From positions 26,474,001-26,538,000 of the forward strand of contig NC_135887.1 in the NCBI RefSeq assembly GCF_964194155.1: DNA of 64,000 nucleotides, written 5' to 3'. Source of the DNA: Cetorhinus maximus (Eukaryota). The notes below the pieces were generated by a model. The model was not told where the DNA came from. It saw nothing but the letters and a program-made list of their open reading frames with translations, and searched no databases. Made by a program: the position numbers and the translations under genes. Shown one piece after another: positions 24,905 through 38,400 of this stretch. How positions within the stretch are numbered: position 1 is the stretch's first letter; each line of letters opens with the position of its first letter.

Positions 24905-27900
24905 GTAATATTACAGAGAATTGCAGCTCCTGTGCACATTATAGAGAACAGCAGCCCCTGTGTATATTACGGCAAATAGCTGTCGATATGTGTATTATAG
25001 TAAATAGCAGTCCTGGTGTATATTATAGAGAATAGGTGCTCATGTGTGCAATATATAGAGTAGCAGACTTTGTGTGTATTATAGAGAATAGGAGTCCCTG
25101 TGTATATTATAGAGAATAGCAGCCCCTGTGTGTATTATAGAAAATAACAGTCCCTGTGTATATTATAGAGAATAGAAAGCCTTGTGTATGTTATACACAA
25201 TAGCAGGCCCTGTGTATGTTATAGAGAATAGCAAACCTGTGTATATTATTGAGAAAAGCAGCTGTGTATATTATAGAGAATAGCAAACCTGTGTATATTA
25301 TTGAGAAAAGCAGCTGTGTATATTATAGATAATAGCAAACCCTCTGTATATTAGAGAATAGCAGGTGCTGTGCATATTATAGAGAATAGCAGCCCCTGTG
25401 AACGTTATAGAGAATAGCAGTTCCTGTGTATATTATAGCAGATAGCTGTCCATGTGCATATTCTGAGATTAGTAGTCCTAGTGTATATTATAGTAAATAG
25501 CAGTCCCTCTGTATATTATAGTGAATAGCAGACCCTGTGTATATTATAGCAAGTAGGAGCCCCATTGTATAATATATAGAATAGCAGTCCCTGTGTATAT
25601 TATATAGAATAGCAGTCCCTGTGTATATTATGGAAAATAACAGTCCCTGTGTATATTATAGTGAATAGCAGTCCCTGTGTATATTATAGAGAATAGCAGT
25701 CCCTGTGTATATTATGGAAAATAACAGTCCCTGTGTATATTATAGTGAATAGCAATCCCTGTGTATATTATAGAGAATAGGAGCCCCAGTGTATAATATA
25801 TAGAATAGCAGTCCGTGTGTATATTATAGCGAATAGGAGCCCCATTGTATAATATATAGAATAGCAGTCCCTATGTATATTATATAGAATAGCAGTCCCT
25901 GTGTATATTATGGAAAATAACAGTCCCTGTGTATATTATAGTGAATAGCAGCCCCTGCCTATATTATAGGAAATAGCAGTCCCTGTGTATTACAGAGCAT
26001 AGTAGTCCCTCTATATATTAGAGAGAATGGTAGCTCCTGTGTATATTATAGAGAATAGCAGCCCCTGAGTATATTATACACAATAGCAGGCCCTATGTAT
26101 GTTACAGAGAATAGCAAACCTGTGTATATTATAGAGAAAAACAGCTCCTGTGTATATTACATGGAATAGCAAACCCTTTGTATATTATAGAGAATAGCAG
26201 TCCCTGTGTATACTATAGAGAATAGCTGTCCCTGTATATATTATAGAGAATAGCAGCCCCTATGAACGTTATAGAGAATAGCAGTCCCTGTGTATATTAT
26301 AGCAGATAGCTGTCCATGTGCAAAATATTGAGAATAGCAGTCCCTGTGTATAATATAGAGAATAAGAGCCCCGGTGTATAATATATAGATTAGCAGTCCC
26401 TGTGTATATTATAGTGAATAGCAGTCCCTGTGTATATTATAGAGAATAGGAGCACCGGTGTATAATATATAGAGTAGCAGTCCCTGTGTATATTGTGGAA
26501 AATGACAGTACCTGTGTATATTATAGTGAATAGCAGTCCCTGTGTATATTATAGGGAATAGCAGCCCTTGTGTATATTATATAGAATAGCAGTCCCTGTA
26601 TATATTATAGAGAATAGCAGTTCCTGTGTATATTATGGAAAATGACAGTCCCTGTGTATATTATAGTGAATAGCAGTCCCTGTGTACATTATAGAGAATA
26701 GGTGCCCCAGTGTATAATATATAGAATAGCAGTTCCTGTGAACATTATACAGAATAGCAGTCCCTGTGTATACTGTAGCGAATAGCATCCCCTGTGTATA
26801 TTATAGAGAATAGAAAACCATGTATATATTTTGGTGACTAGCAATCTCTGAGTATATTATAGAAGATATCCACTGCTATGTAAATTACAGAGCATAGTAG
26901 TCCCTCTATATATTGGAGAGAATTGTTGCTCCTGTGTATATTGTAGAGAATAGCAGTCCCTGTGTATACTATAGAGAATAGCTGTCCCTGTATATATTAT
27001 AGAGAATAGCAGCCCCTGTGAACGTTATTGAGAATAGCAGTCCCTGTGTATATTATAGAAAATAAGAGCCCCAATGTATAATATATAGATTAGCAGTCCC
27101 TGTGTATATTATAGTGAATAGCAGTCCCTGTGTATATTATGGAGAATAGGAGTGCCGGTGTATAATAGATAGAATAGCAGTCCCTGTGTATATTGTGGAA
27201 AATAACAGTCCCTGTGTATATTATAGTGAATAGCAGTCCCTGTGTATATTATAGAGAATAGCAGCCCCTGTGTATATTATAGGGAATAGCAGTCCCTGTG
27301 TATATTATATAGAATAGCAGTCCCTGTGTATATTATGGAAAAAAACAGTCCCTGTGTATATTATAGTGAATAGCAGTCCCTGTGTACATTATAGAGAATA
27401 GGAGCCCCAGTGTATAATATATAGAATAGCAGTCCCTGTGAACATTATAGAGAATAGCAGTCCCTGTGTATAGTGTAGCGAATAGCATCCACTGTGTATA
27501 TTATAGAGAATAGAAAACCATGTATATATTTTGGTGACTAGCAGTCCCTGAGTATATTAAAGAAGATATCCCCTCCTATGTATATTACAGAGAATAGTAG
27601 TCCCTCTATATATTGGAGAGAATTGTTGCTCCTGTGTACATTATGGAGAATAGCTGTCCCTATGTATATTACAGAGAATAACCGTCCCTGTGTATATTGT
27701 AGGCAATAGCAGCCCTGTGTATATTATAGAAAATAACATTCCTGTGTATTTTATACAGAAAGCAGCTCCTGTGTATATTATAGAGAATAGCAGGCCCTGA
27801 GTATATTATACAGAATGGCAGCCCCTGTGTATATTATAGAGAATAGCAGTCCCTATGTATATAATGGAAAATAACCAGCCGCTGTGTATATTATAGAGAA

Positions 27901-29245
27901 TTGCAGCCCCTGAGTATATTATAGAGAGTAGCAGCCCCTGTGTTTATTATAGAGAGTAGCTGCCCCTGTGTATATTATAGAGAGTAGCAGCCCTTGTGTA
28001 TATTATAGAGAATAGCAGCCCCTGTGTATACTATAGGGAATAGCAGCCCCGTGTATATTATAGGGAATAGCAGCCCCTGTGTATATTATAGAGAATAACC
28101 AGCCCCTGTGAATATTATAGAGAATAGCAGCCCCTGAGTATATTATACAGAATAGCAGCCCCTGGGTATATTATAGAGAATAGCAGTCCATGTGTATATT
28201 ATAGAGAATAACAGCCCCTGTGTATTTTATAGAGAATAGCAGCCCCTGTGTTTATTATGGAGAATAGCAGCCCCTGACTATATTATAGAGAATAGCAGCC
28301 CCGACTATATTATAGAGAATAGCAGCCCCTGTGTTTATTATAGAGAGTAGCAGCCCCTGTGTATATTATAGAGAATAGCAGCCCCTGTGTATACTATAGG
28401 GAATAGCAGCCCCGTGTATATTATAGGGAATAGCAGCCCCTGTGTATATTATAGAGAATTGCAGCCCCTGAGTATATTATAGAGAATTGCAGCCCCTGAG
28501 TATATTGTAGAGAATAGCAGCCCCTGTGTAAATTATAGAGAGTAGCAGCCCCTGTGTATATTATAGAGAATAGCAGCCCCTGTGTATATTATATAGAATA
28601 GCAGCCCCTGTGTATATTATAGAGAATAACCAGTCCCTGTGAATATTATAGAGAGTAGCAGCCCCTGTGTATATTGTAGAGAATAGCAGCCCCTGTGTAT
28701 ATTATAGAGAGTAGCAGCCCCTGTGTATATTATATAGAATAGCAGCCCCTTTGTATATTATAGAGAATAACCAGTCCCTGTGAATATTATAGAGAGTAGC
28801 AGCCCCTGTGTATATTGTAGAGAATAGCAGCCCCTGTGTATATTATAGAGAGTAGCAGCCCCTGTGAATATTATAGAGAGTAGCAGCCCCTGTGTATATT
28901 GTAGAGAATAGCAGCCCCTGTGTATATTATAGAGAGTAGCAGCCCCTGTGTATATTATAGAGAATAACCAGTCCCTGTGTATATTATAGAGAGTAGCAGC
29001 CCCTGTGTATATTATAGAGAATAACCAGTCCCTGTGTATATTATAGAGAGTAGCAGCCCCTGTGTATATTATAGAGAATAACCAGTCCCTGTGTATATTA
29101 TAGAGAATAACCAGTCCCTGTGTATATTATAGAGAATAACCAGTCCCTGTGTATATTATAGAGAATAACCAGTCCCTGTGTATATTATAGAGTAGCAGCC
29201 GCTGTGTATATTATAGAGTAGCAGCCCCTGTGTATATTATAGAGA
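24905..29245. repeat. 28-bp satellite (TGTGTATATTATAGAGAATAGCAGCCCC) between SEBOX and KIF12-like
   Basis: Read directly; a variant block recurs at a 700-bp spacing. Confidence 0.95.
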
Positions 29246-29431
29246 GCATAATTTAATATCCCTGTTTGTACCTGTTTATTCCCCAATCCTTCTTCCTGGT
29301 TAACAATGCTCTGAGTTCCCTGTCTCTGCCCTTGTCCCAGTCTCTCTGATTGCGGTTGCGGAGTGTGTCGGGCGCTTTGTGGATCTCGCACTGTCTGTTT
29401 GCAGAGTGTAATCGGCGGGTCAGATAGGCAC

Positions 29432-29448
29432 ATGTCCTCTAACAACCG
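29432..29448 (+). CDS. KIF12: KIF12-like exon 1 (MSSNN-R)
   Basis: ATG, donor CG|GTGAGA in phase 2 matching the next exon. Confidence 0.6.
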
Positions 29449-32400
29449 GTGAGAATATTCCAGGAATCCACACCTCAATTCGCAAAGAATCCTCTCGGAA
29501 TCTCTGCAAAGGTTTTTTTGTGACTTGAGTTTCGATGACGCTGTTTTCATTTTCTCGCAGCGAATCGGCGGAGAGCGGAGTTGATGGGACCCCCGAATGT
29601 AACATTCTCGTTGCTATCAGGTAAAAAGAGACAGTCACTGCGAAATGGAGAGAGAAATCAGAGAGAGAGAAATCAGAGAGAGAGAAATCAGAGAGAGAGA
29701 AATCAGAGAGAGAGGGAGAGAAATCAGAGAGAGAGAAATCAGAGAGAGAGAAATCAGAGAGAGGGGGAGAGAAATCAGAGAGAGAGAAATCAGAGAGAGA
29801 GAAATCAGAGAGGGAGAGAAATCAGACGGAGAGAAATCAGAGAGAAAAATCAAGAGTGAGAGAAATCAGAGAGAGGGAGATATCAGAGGGAGAGAGAAAT
29901 CAGATGGAGAGAGAAATCAGAGAGTGAAAGAAATCAGAGAGGGAGAGAGAGATCTGAGAGAGAGAAATCAAGAGTGAGAGAGCAAAATCAGAGGGGGAGA
30001 GAAATCAAGAGAGAGAGAAATCCGAGAGGGAGAGGGAGAGAAATCAGAGAGACAAAGGGAAATCAGAGGGAGAGAGAATCAGAGACAGAGAGAGAGAGAG
30101 AATTAGAGAGAAATCAGAGAGGGGGAGAGAGATATATAAAAATCAGAGAGAGGGAAATTATCAGAGGGAGAAAAATCAGATCGACAGACAGAGCGAGAGT
30201 GAAATCAGAGAAAGACAGAGAGAATCAAAGAGAGTCAGAGAGAAATCAGAGAGATAAATCGGAGAGAGAGAGACAGAGAAAGAGAATCAGAAAGACAGAG
30301 AGAGAAAAATCAAAGCAACAGAGAGAGCGAAATCAGAGCTCTAGAGATAGAGAGAGAGAGAGCGAAATCAGAGAGAGAGAATCAGAGCTCTAGAGATAGA
30401 GAGAGAGAGCGAAATCAGAGAGAGAGAGATAATCAGAGCTAGAGATAGAGAGAGAGAGCGAAATCAGAGAGAGAGAGAGAATCAGAGCTAGAGATAGAGA
30501 GAGCGAAATCAGAGAGAGAGAGAGAGAGAATCAGAGCTAGAGATAGAGAGAGAGAGCGAAATCAGAGAGAGAGAATCAGAGCTAGAGATAGAGAGAGAGA
30601 GCGAAATCAGAGAGAGAGAGAGAGAATCAGAGCTAGAGATAGAGAGAGAGAGCGAAATCAGAGAGAGAGAGAGAGAGAGAATCAGAGAGTTAGAGACAGA
30701 GAGACAGGGGAGAGAGTGAGGCAGAGAGTGAGAGAGTTTGCTTCTGTTGTTTGGTATTTTATATAACTGTCCTGTGAAACGCAATGGGAATGCATAAATC
30801 ATCATCAGGACATTGAGAGTGCAGTTAATAAAGCGAATGTTGGAGAAGAGAAGGTTGAGAGGAGATTTGATGGAGGTATTCAAAATCTTAAGGGGTCTGG
30901 ACAGAGTAGATAGGGAGAAACTGATTCAATTGGGAGAAGAATTGAGAACCAGAGGGCACAGGTTTAAGGTGATTGGAAAAAGAAGCAATGGCGACATGAG
31001 GAAAAACTTTTTCATGCAGCGAGTGTTTAGGGTTTAGAATGTACAGCCTGAGGGTGTGGTGGAGACAGGTTCAACTGAAGCATTCAAAAGGGAATTGGAT
31101 TGTTATCTGAAAACATGAAGAATGTGCAGGGTTACAGGGAGAAGGCAGGAGAATAGCACTAGGTGAATTGCTCTTTCAGAGCAATGGGCCGAATGGGCTC
31201 CTGTGCTGTAATAATTCTGTAATTCTATGTCTCAATGCCATAAGGCATGATATAAATACAGGTTGTTGGTGAGATGGAGACAGAAAGCAGGAGAGAGGCA
31301 GTTGGGAATTGGGAGATTAGGGCAGGGTTTTACCACTGGCTGCAGGACCCTGATATGAAGTGAAATGAGGGTCTGAAGCCCCACTTGCTGGACTGTCTCC
31401 GCAGTGTTCCTGCACCTGGCCTCTGGTCTCCAGCCTCACTGGTGGGATGAGCTGCTGCTGTTCCAATCGGAAGGACAGCAGCTCCAAAGCCTCAGCAATC
31501 TCATTGCTGAACAGGGGGGCAACCGAAGCAACTCGGAGGTTGAGATGTCTCAGAGACGGAAGTGGAAAATTACAATTTAGAGGGGACAAGATGGGCAGGT
31601 CTGAAGAATGGCCCATCGGGGTGGTCATCCCTACCCTGGACAGCCCCTCTGCACTCCGAGAGTGCCCGCCCTGGTTGCCATGGGTAGAAAGTCTCCGTGA
31701 AGCGGATGGCCTCTCTATACGGCAATGAGCCCGTGTGAAAAATACTCTGAGCCAACAAATATCCACTGAGTGGTCCCTAACCATTTACATTTCCTGTCCA
31801 TTATTTCGCAAGGAACCAGTAGGCATCCAGTCCTGCACAGCACAGATCCCCTCCCCCATCCACCCGCACCCCCCCCAACCCCACCACCACCACATCAGGG
31901 AATATAGACTAAGAATGAAATAGAGAGAGAAAACTGAGAAAGGTAGAGAGAGGGGGAGGGAAAGAAAAACAAAGAGCCACGTGGGAGTGTTACAGAGTGA
32001 GGGACCTGTCCCCACCAGTACTGTACCCCAGTGTTATACAGTGACAGACCTGTCCCCACCATGACTGTACCGCAGTGTTATACAGTGACAGACCTGTCCC
32101 CACCATGACTGTACCGCAGTGTTATACAGTGACAGACCTGTCCCCACCAGTACTGTACCCCAGTGTTATACAGTGACAGACCTGTCCCCACCAGTACTGT
32201 ACCCCAGTGTTATACAGTGACAGACCTGTCCCCACCAGTACTGTACCCCAGTGTTATACAGTGACAGACCTGTCCCCACCATGACTGTACCGCAGTGTTA
32301 TACAGTGACAGACCTGTCCCCACCAGTACTGTACCCCAGTGTTATACAGTCACAGACATGTCCCTGCCAGTCCTGTACCCCAGTGTTATACAGTCACATA

Positions 32401-35400
32401 CCTGTCCCCACCAGTACTGTACCCCAGTGTTAAACAGTGACAGACCTGTCCCCACCAGTACTGTACCCCAGTGTTACACAGTGACAGACCTGTCCCCACC
32501 CGTACTATGCCCCAGTGTTATACAGTGACAGACCTGTCCCCACCAGTACTGTACCCTAGTGTTCTACAGTGACAGACCTGTCCCGACCAGTACTGTACCC
32601 CAGTGTTATACAGTGACAGACATGTCCCTACCAGTCCTGTACCCCAGTGTTATACACTGACAGAGCTGTCCCCACCCGTTTATGCCCCAGTGTTATACAG
32701 TGACAGACCTGTCCCCACCAGTACTGTACCCTAGTGTTCTACAGTGACAGACCTGTCCCGACCAGTACTGTACCCCAGTGTTATACAGTGACAGACCTGT
32801 CCCCACCAGTACTGTACCCCAGTGTTATACAGTCACAGACATGTCCCTGCCAGTACTGTAACCCAGTGTTATACAGTCACAGACCTGTCCCCACCAGTAC
32901 TGTACCCCAGTGTTATACAGTGACGGACCTGTCCCCACCAGTGCTGTGCCCCAGTGTTATACAGTGACAGACCTGTCCCCACCAGTACTGTATCCCAGTG
33001 TTATACAGTGACAGACCTGTCCGCACCAGTACTGTATCCCAGTGTTATACAGTGACAGACCTGTCCGCACCAGTACTGTATCCCAGTGTTATACAGTGAC
33101 GGACCTGTCCCCACCAGTACTGTACCCCAGTGTTATACACTGACAGACCTGACTCCACTAGTACTGTACCCCAGTGTTATACACTGACAGACCTGACCCC
33201 ACCAGTACTGTACCCCAGTGTTATACAGTAACAGACCTGTCCCCATGAGTAATGTACCCCAGTGTTATACAGTGACAGACCTGTCCCCACCAGTACTGTA
33301 CCCCAGTGTTACACAGTGACAGACCTGTCCCCACCCGTACTATGTCCCAGTGTTTTACAGTGACATACCTGTCCCCACCATGACTGTATCGCAGTGTTAT
33401 ACAATGACAGACCTGTCCCCACCAGTACTGTGCCCCAGTGTTATACAGTGACAGACCTGTCCCCACCAGTACTGTACCCCAGTGTTATACAGTCACAGAC
33501 CTGCCTCCACCAGTACTGTACCCCAATGGTATGCAGTGAGACCTCTCCCCACCAGTACTGTACCCCGGTGTTATACAGTGACAGACCTGCCCCCACCAGT
33601 ACTGTACCCCAGTGTTATACAGCGACAGACCTGCCCCCACCAGTACTGTATCCCAGTGTTATACAGCGACAGACCTGCCCCCACCAGTACTGTATCCCAG
33701 TGTTATACACTGACAGATTGTCCCCACCAGTACCAAATATTTCTATATCTCCTTTTAGCCGTTGCCTAACTCTTACACTGGTTTAGTTGGCACATGGACA
33801 TCCAGTGAGAAATTAATTTACCCTATCCTTCAGTCGCTGGTTTGTTTCTTGGTTGTACTGAGTTTGCTCAGCTTCGCTGGGAGCTGTTTGATGGTTTAGT
33901 GGCCTATCTGCAGAAAACACGAAAAGCAGACAGCGCTTATTCTGGATAGATGGCCAGGGTCAGTCTCAGTGTCCAGAGCAATGTCCAGGGTCAGACAGAG
34001 GTCTGGATGGGGGCGGGACAGGGTCTTTAGGCAGGGATAGATGTAGACACTGCTTCATGTCCCGTGGTGTGGGTCACAGGTCATCAGTGCTGTCTTGACC
34101 AAGTGCTTGTCCTCCCCTCCTGTAGTCCTGCAGTAACCAGAAGCTGCAGAGAGATGAGAAGATCACAGGAAACTAACATCAGGAAACATTTTCTGTTCTT
34201 TAACAGGGTGCGACCTTTAAACCGTTTGGAACTGGAGCAAGGAAGCCAGTTGGTGGTCCACTGTCCAGAACCGGACACTGTGTTGGTGAGTCACGGGGAG
34301 GAATAGCAGCTCGCCCAGGGAGAGTGACAGGTGTCCAGCAGTCATTGTCCTGAGCTGGCGCCTGAGACTGACCAGTGATTGTCGCCTTTTCTTCCTAGGT
34401 TCAATGTGGAGCCAGAGACAGAATCTTCTCGTTCAGCTCAACGTTTGGTCCAGAAATGACCCAGCAGGAGGTTTACAACGGCTGCTCAGTGGAGCAACTG
34501 ATAAGCCAGGCAGTGACCGGGTAACAGGGTGTCTTTCACTTGGTGCGGGGTGGCGGGCCGGGGGTAACAGGGTGTCACCCACCAGGGGACTGGGTGTCAC
34601 TCTCTGGGGGACTGGGTGTCACTCTCCGGGGGACTGGCTGTCACTCTCAGGGGCACTGGGTGTCACTCTCTGGGGGACAGGGCATCACTATCTGGGGAAC
34701 AGAGTGTCAGTCACCGTGGGACAGGGTATCACTCTCTGGGGGACAGTCTGTCACTCTCCGGGGGACTGGGTATCACTCTCCGGGGGACTGGGTGTCACTC
34801 TCCGGGGGACTGGGTGTCACTCTCTGGGGGACTGTGTGTCTCTCTCCGGGGGACTGGGTGTCACTCTCCGGGGGACTGGGTGTCACTGGGGGACAGGGTG
34901 TCACTCTCAGGGGGACTGTGTGTCTCTCACCGGGGGACTGGGTGTCACTCTCTGGAGGACTGGTTATCCCTCTCAGGGGGACTGGGTGTCACTCACCGGG
35001 GCAGTGGGTGTGACTCTCTGGTGGACTCGGTGTCACTTACCGGGGGCCCGGTGTCACTCTCTGGGGGACAGGGTTTCACTCTCTGGGGTACTGGGTGTCA
35101 CTCTCTGGGGTACTGGGTGTCACTCTCTGGGGGACAGGGTTTCACTCTCTGGGGGACTGGATGACACTCTCTGGGGGACAGGATTTCACTCTCCGGGGGA
35201 CTGGGTGACACTCTCTGGGGGATGGGGTGTCACTCTCTGCAGGACTGTGTGTCACTCTCAGGGGGACAGTGTGTCACTCTCCAAGGGACTGGGTGTAAAT
35301 CTCTGGGGCACAGGGTGTCACTCTCCGGAGGACTGGGTGTCACTCTCCGGGGGACAGGGTGTCACTCTCCGGAGGACTGGGTGTCACTCTCCGGAGGACT

Positions 35401-38400
35401 GGGTGTCACTCACTGGGGAACAGGGTGTCACTCTCCAGGGGACTGGGTGTCACTCTCCGGGGGACTGGCTGTCACTCTCTGGGGGACAGGGTGTCACTTT
35501 CTGGGGGACAGGATGTCACTCTCTGGGGGACAGGGTATCACTCTCCAGGGGACTGGGTGTCACTCTCTGTGGGACTGGGTGTCACTCCATGTGGGACTGG
35601 GTGTCATTCTCTGGAGGACAGGGTATCACTCTCTGGTGGACAGGATGTTATTCTCTGGGGGACAGGGTGTCACTCTCTGAAAGACAGGGTGTCACTCTCC
35701 AGGCGACTGGGTGTCACTCTCCAGGGGACTGGGTGTCACTCTCTGGGGGACAGGATGTCACTCTCTAGGGGACAGGGTGTCACTCTCCGGGGGACAGGGT
35801 GTCACTCTCTGGGGGACAGGATGTCACTCTCCGGGGGACTTGGTGTCACTCTCTGGGGGAGAGGATGTCACTCTCTGGGGGACAGGGTGTCACTCTCTGG
35901 GGGACAGGGTATCACCCTTTGGGGGACTGGGTGTCACTCTCTGGGGGACTGGGTGTCACTCTCTGGGGGACTGGGTGTCACTCTCTGGGGGACAGGATGT
36001 CACTCTCCAGGGGACTTGGTGTCACCCTCTGGGGCACTGGGTGTCACCCTCTGGGGCACTGGGTGTCATTCTCTGGAGGACTGTGTGTCACTCTCTGGGG
36101 GACTGGGTGTCATTCTCTGGAGGACAGGGTGTCACTCTCTGGGGGACAGGGTGTTACTCTCCGGAGGACTGGGTGTCACTCTCTGGGGGACTGGGTGTCA
36201 CTCTTTGGGGGACAGGGTGTCACTCTCTGTGGGACTGGGTGTCACTCTCTGGAGGACAGGGTATCACTCTCTGGAGGACAGGGTGTCACTCTCTGGGGGA
36301 CTGGGTGTCACTCTCTGGGGGACAGGGTGTCACTGTCTGGGGGACTGGGTGTCACTGTCTGGGGGACTGGTTGTCACTCTCTGGAGGACAGGGTGTCACT
36401 GTCTGGGGGACTGGGTGTCACTGTCTGGGGGACTGGGTGTCACTGTCTGGGGGACTGGGTGTCACTCTCTGGGGGACAGGGTGTCACTGTCTGGGGGACT
36501 GGGTGTCACTCTCTGCGGGACAGAGGGTGTTTATTTACTTGGGGTACTATTTGCCCTCATGGAGCACAAATGATTAAATAGATTGGTAGGGCTGAATGGC
36601 CTGTTACTGTGTCGTCATTTTGATATTTTCACGGAGGGCTGTGCTGTGATGCCACCTGCAGCCAAATATCTCAGTTGTGGTGAGGGATCGGAACTTGAAC
36701 ATGGCAGGCCTCTGGGCGATGCCAGCTTTAGCATGGGTCTGTCTGATATTCTAGACAAGGACCAAACCCCCTGAGCAAATCCCATTGGGCAGCTGGTGGC
36801 TGCTGGTCACAATCCTGACTGAGGCCATTCTGCCTTTGCCCTGGGCTGTGGATTCTTTCCTGCAATGAGTCACACTGCAGGCTTTTCAATAACACCCCTG
36901 GGGGGTCACCCCTGGGTGAGATTGAGGATCAGTTAAACACAGATTGTTTAATGAGCAAAAGCTGCTGAGGGGGAGTTCTCAGCAGCTGTGTATAAAGAAC
37001 TGTTTTGAAACTTGGCTGATCAGGACCATTAACCCTCTCACCTTGAGCAGCTGAGGAATGCTCAAAATGGCCCTGTTGAACTGCTTCTTAACCCCTTCAA
37101 CATTCCCCAGGTCTGCCTGCACTGTGTTTGCTTTTGGACCGACGGGATCTGGAAAGACTTTCACAATGGCAGGTTCAGTCCCACCGGTGAGTGAGTCACA
37201 GTCTGTAACTTATTGACTAACAGCTGTTACAGTCCAGTGCCACTGCATTCTGAATAAAACATAACACTCACCTAACAACACCATCAGATAGAGAGACACA
37301 CACAGCACATTAACCCTTTAGTGACTGGAACCACACCAAGTTCATGATCACAATATCATCCTAACTCCTGCCTCTCATCTGTGACAAAGAGGAGGGGGAG
37401 AGAGAGTCAGCACCTTCAGGGGAGGGGGAGAGAGAGTCAGCACCTTCAGGGGAGGGGGAGAGAGAGTCAGCACCTTCAGGGGAGGGGGAGAGAGAGTCAG
37501 CACCTTCAGGGGAGGGGGAGAGAGAGTCAGCACCTTCAGGGGAGGGGGGGAGAGAGTCAGCACCTTCAGGGGAGGGGGAGAGAGAGTCAGCACCTTCAGG
37601 GGAGGGGGAGAGAGAGTCAGCACCTTCATGGGAGGGGGAGAGAGAGTCAGCACCTTCAGGGGAGGGGGGGAGAGAGAGTCAGCACCTTCATGGGAGGGGG
37701 AGAGAGAGTCAGCACCTTCAGGGGAGGGGGAGAGAGAGTCAGCACCTTCAGGGGAGGGGGAGAGAGAGTCAGCACCTTCAGGGGAGGGGGAGAGAGAGTC
37801 AGCACCTTCAGGGGAGGGGGAGAGAGAGTCAGCACCTTCAGGGGAGGGGGAGAGAGAGTCAGCACCTTCAGGGGAGGGGGAGAGAGAGTCAGCACCTTCA
37901 GGGGAGGGGGAGAGAGAGTCAGCACCTTCAGGGGAGGGGGAGAGAGAGTCAGCACCTTCAGGGGAGGGGGAGAGAGAGTCAGCACCTTCAGGGGAGGGGG
38001 AGAGAGAGTCAGCACCTTCATGGGAGGGGGAGAGAGAGTCAGCACATTCAGGGGAGGAGGGGAGAGTCAGCATCTTCAGGGGAGGGAGAGAGAGAGTCAG
38101 CATCTTCAGGGGAGGGAGAGAGTCAGCACCTTCAGGGAGAGAGAAACAATGCTTTCAGGGGAGAATAACAGGAAAATTGTGTTATGTATATCTGTGTTTT
38201 CCAGCGTATGTGGACTGTCCTGTGTTTTCCAGTGTGCGTGCGACTGTCCTGTGTTTCTCAGCATGTGCGACTATCCTGTGTTTCTCAGCTTTTAGAACTG
38301 CCCTGTGTTTCTCACTGTGTGGGACTGCCCTGTGTTTCTCAATGTGTGCGCGCGACTGTCCTGTATTTCTCATTATGTACGGACTGTCCTCTGTTTCTCA

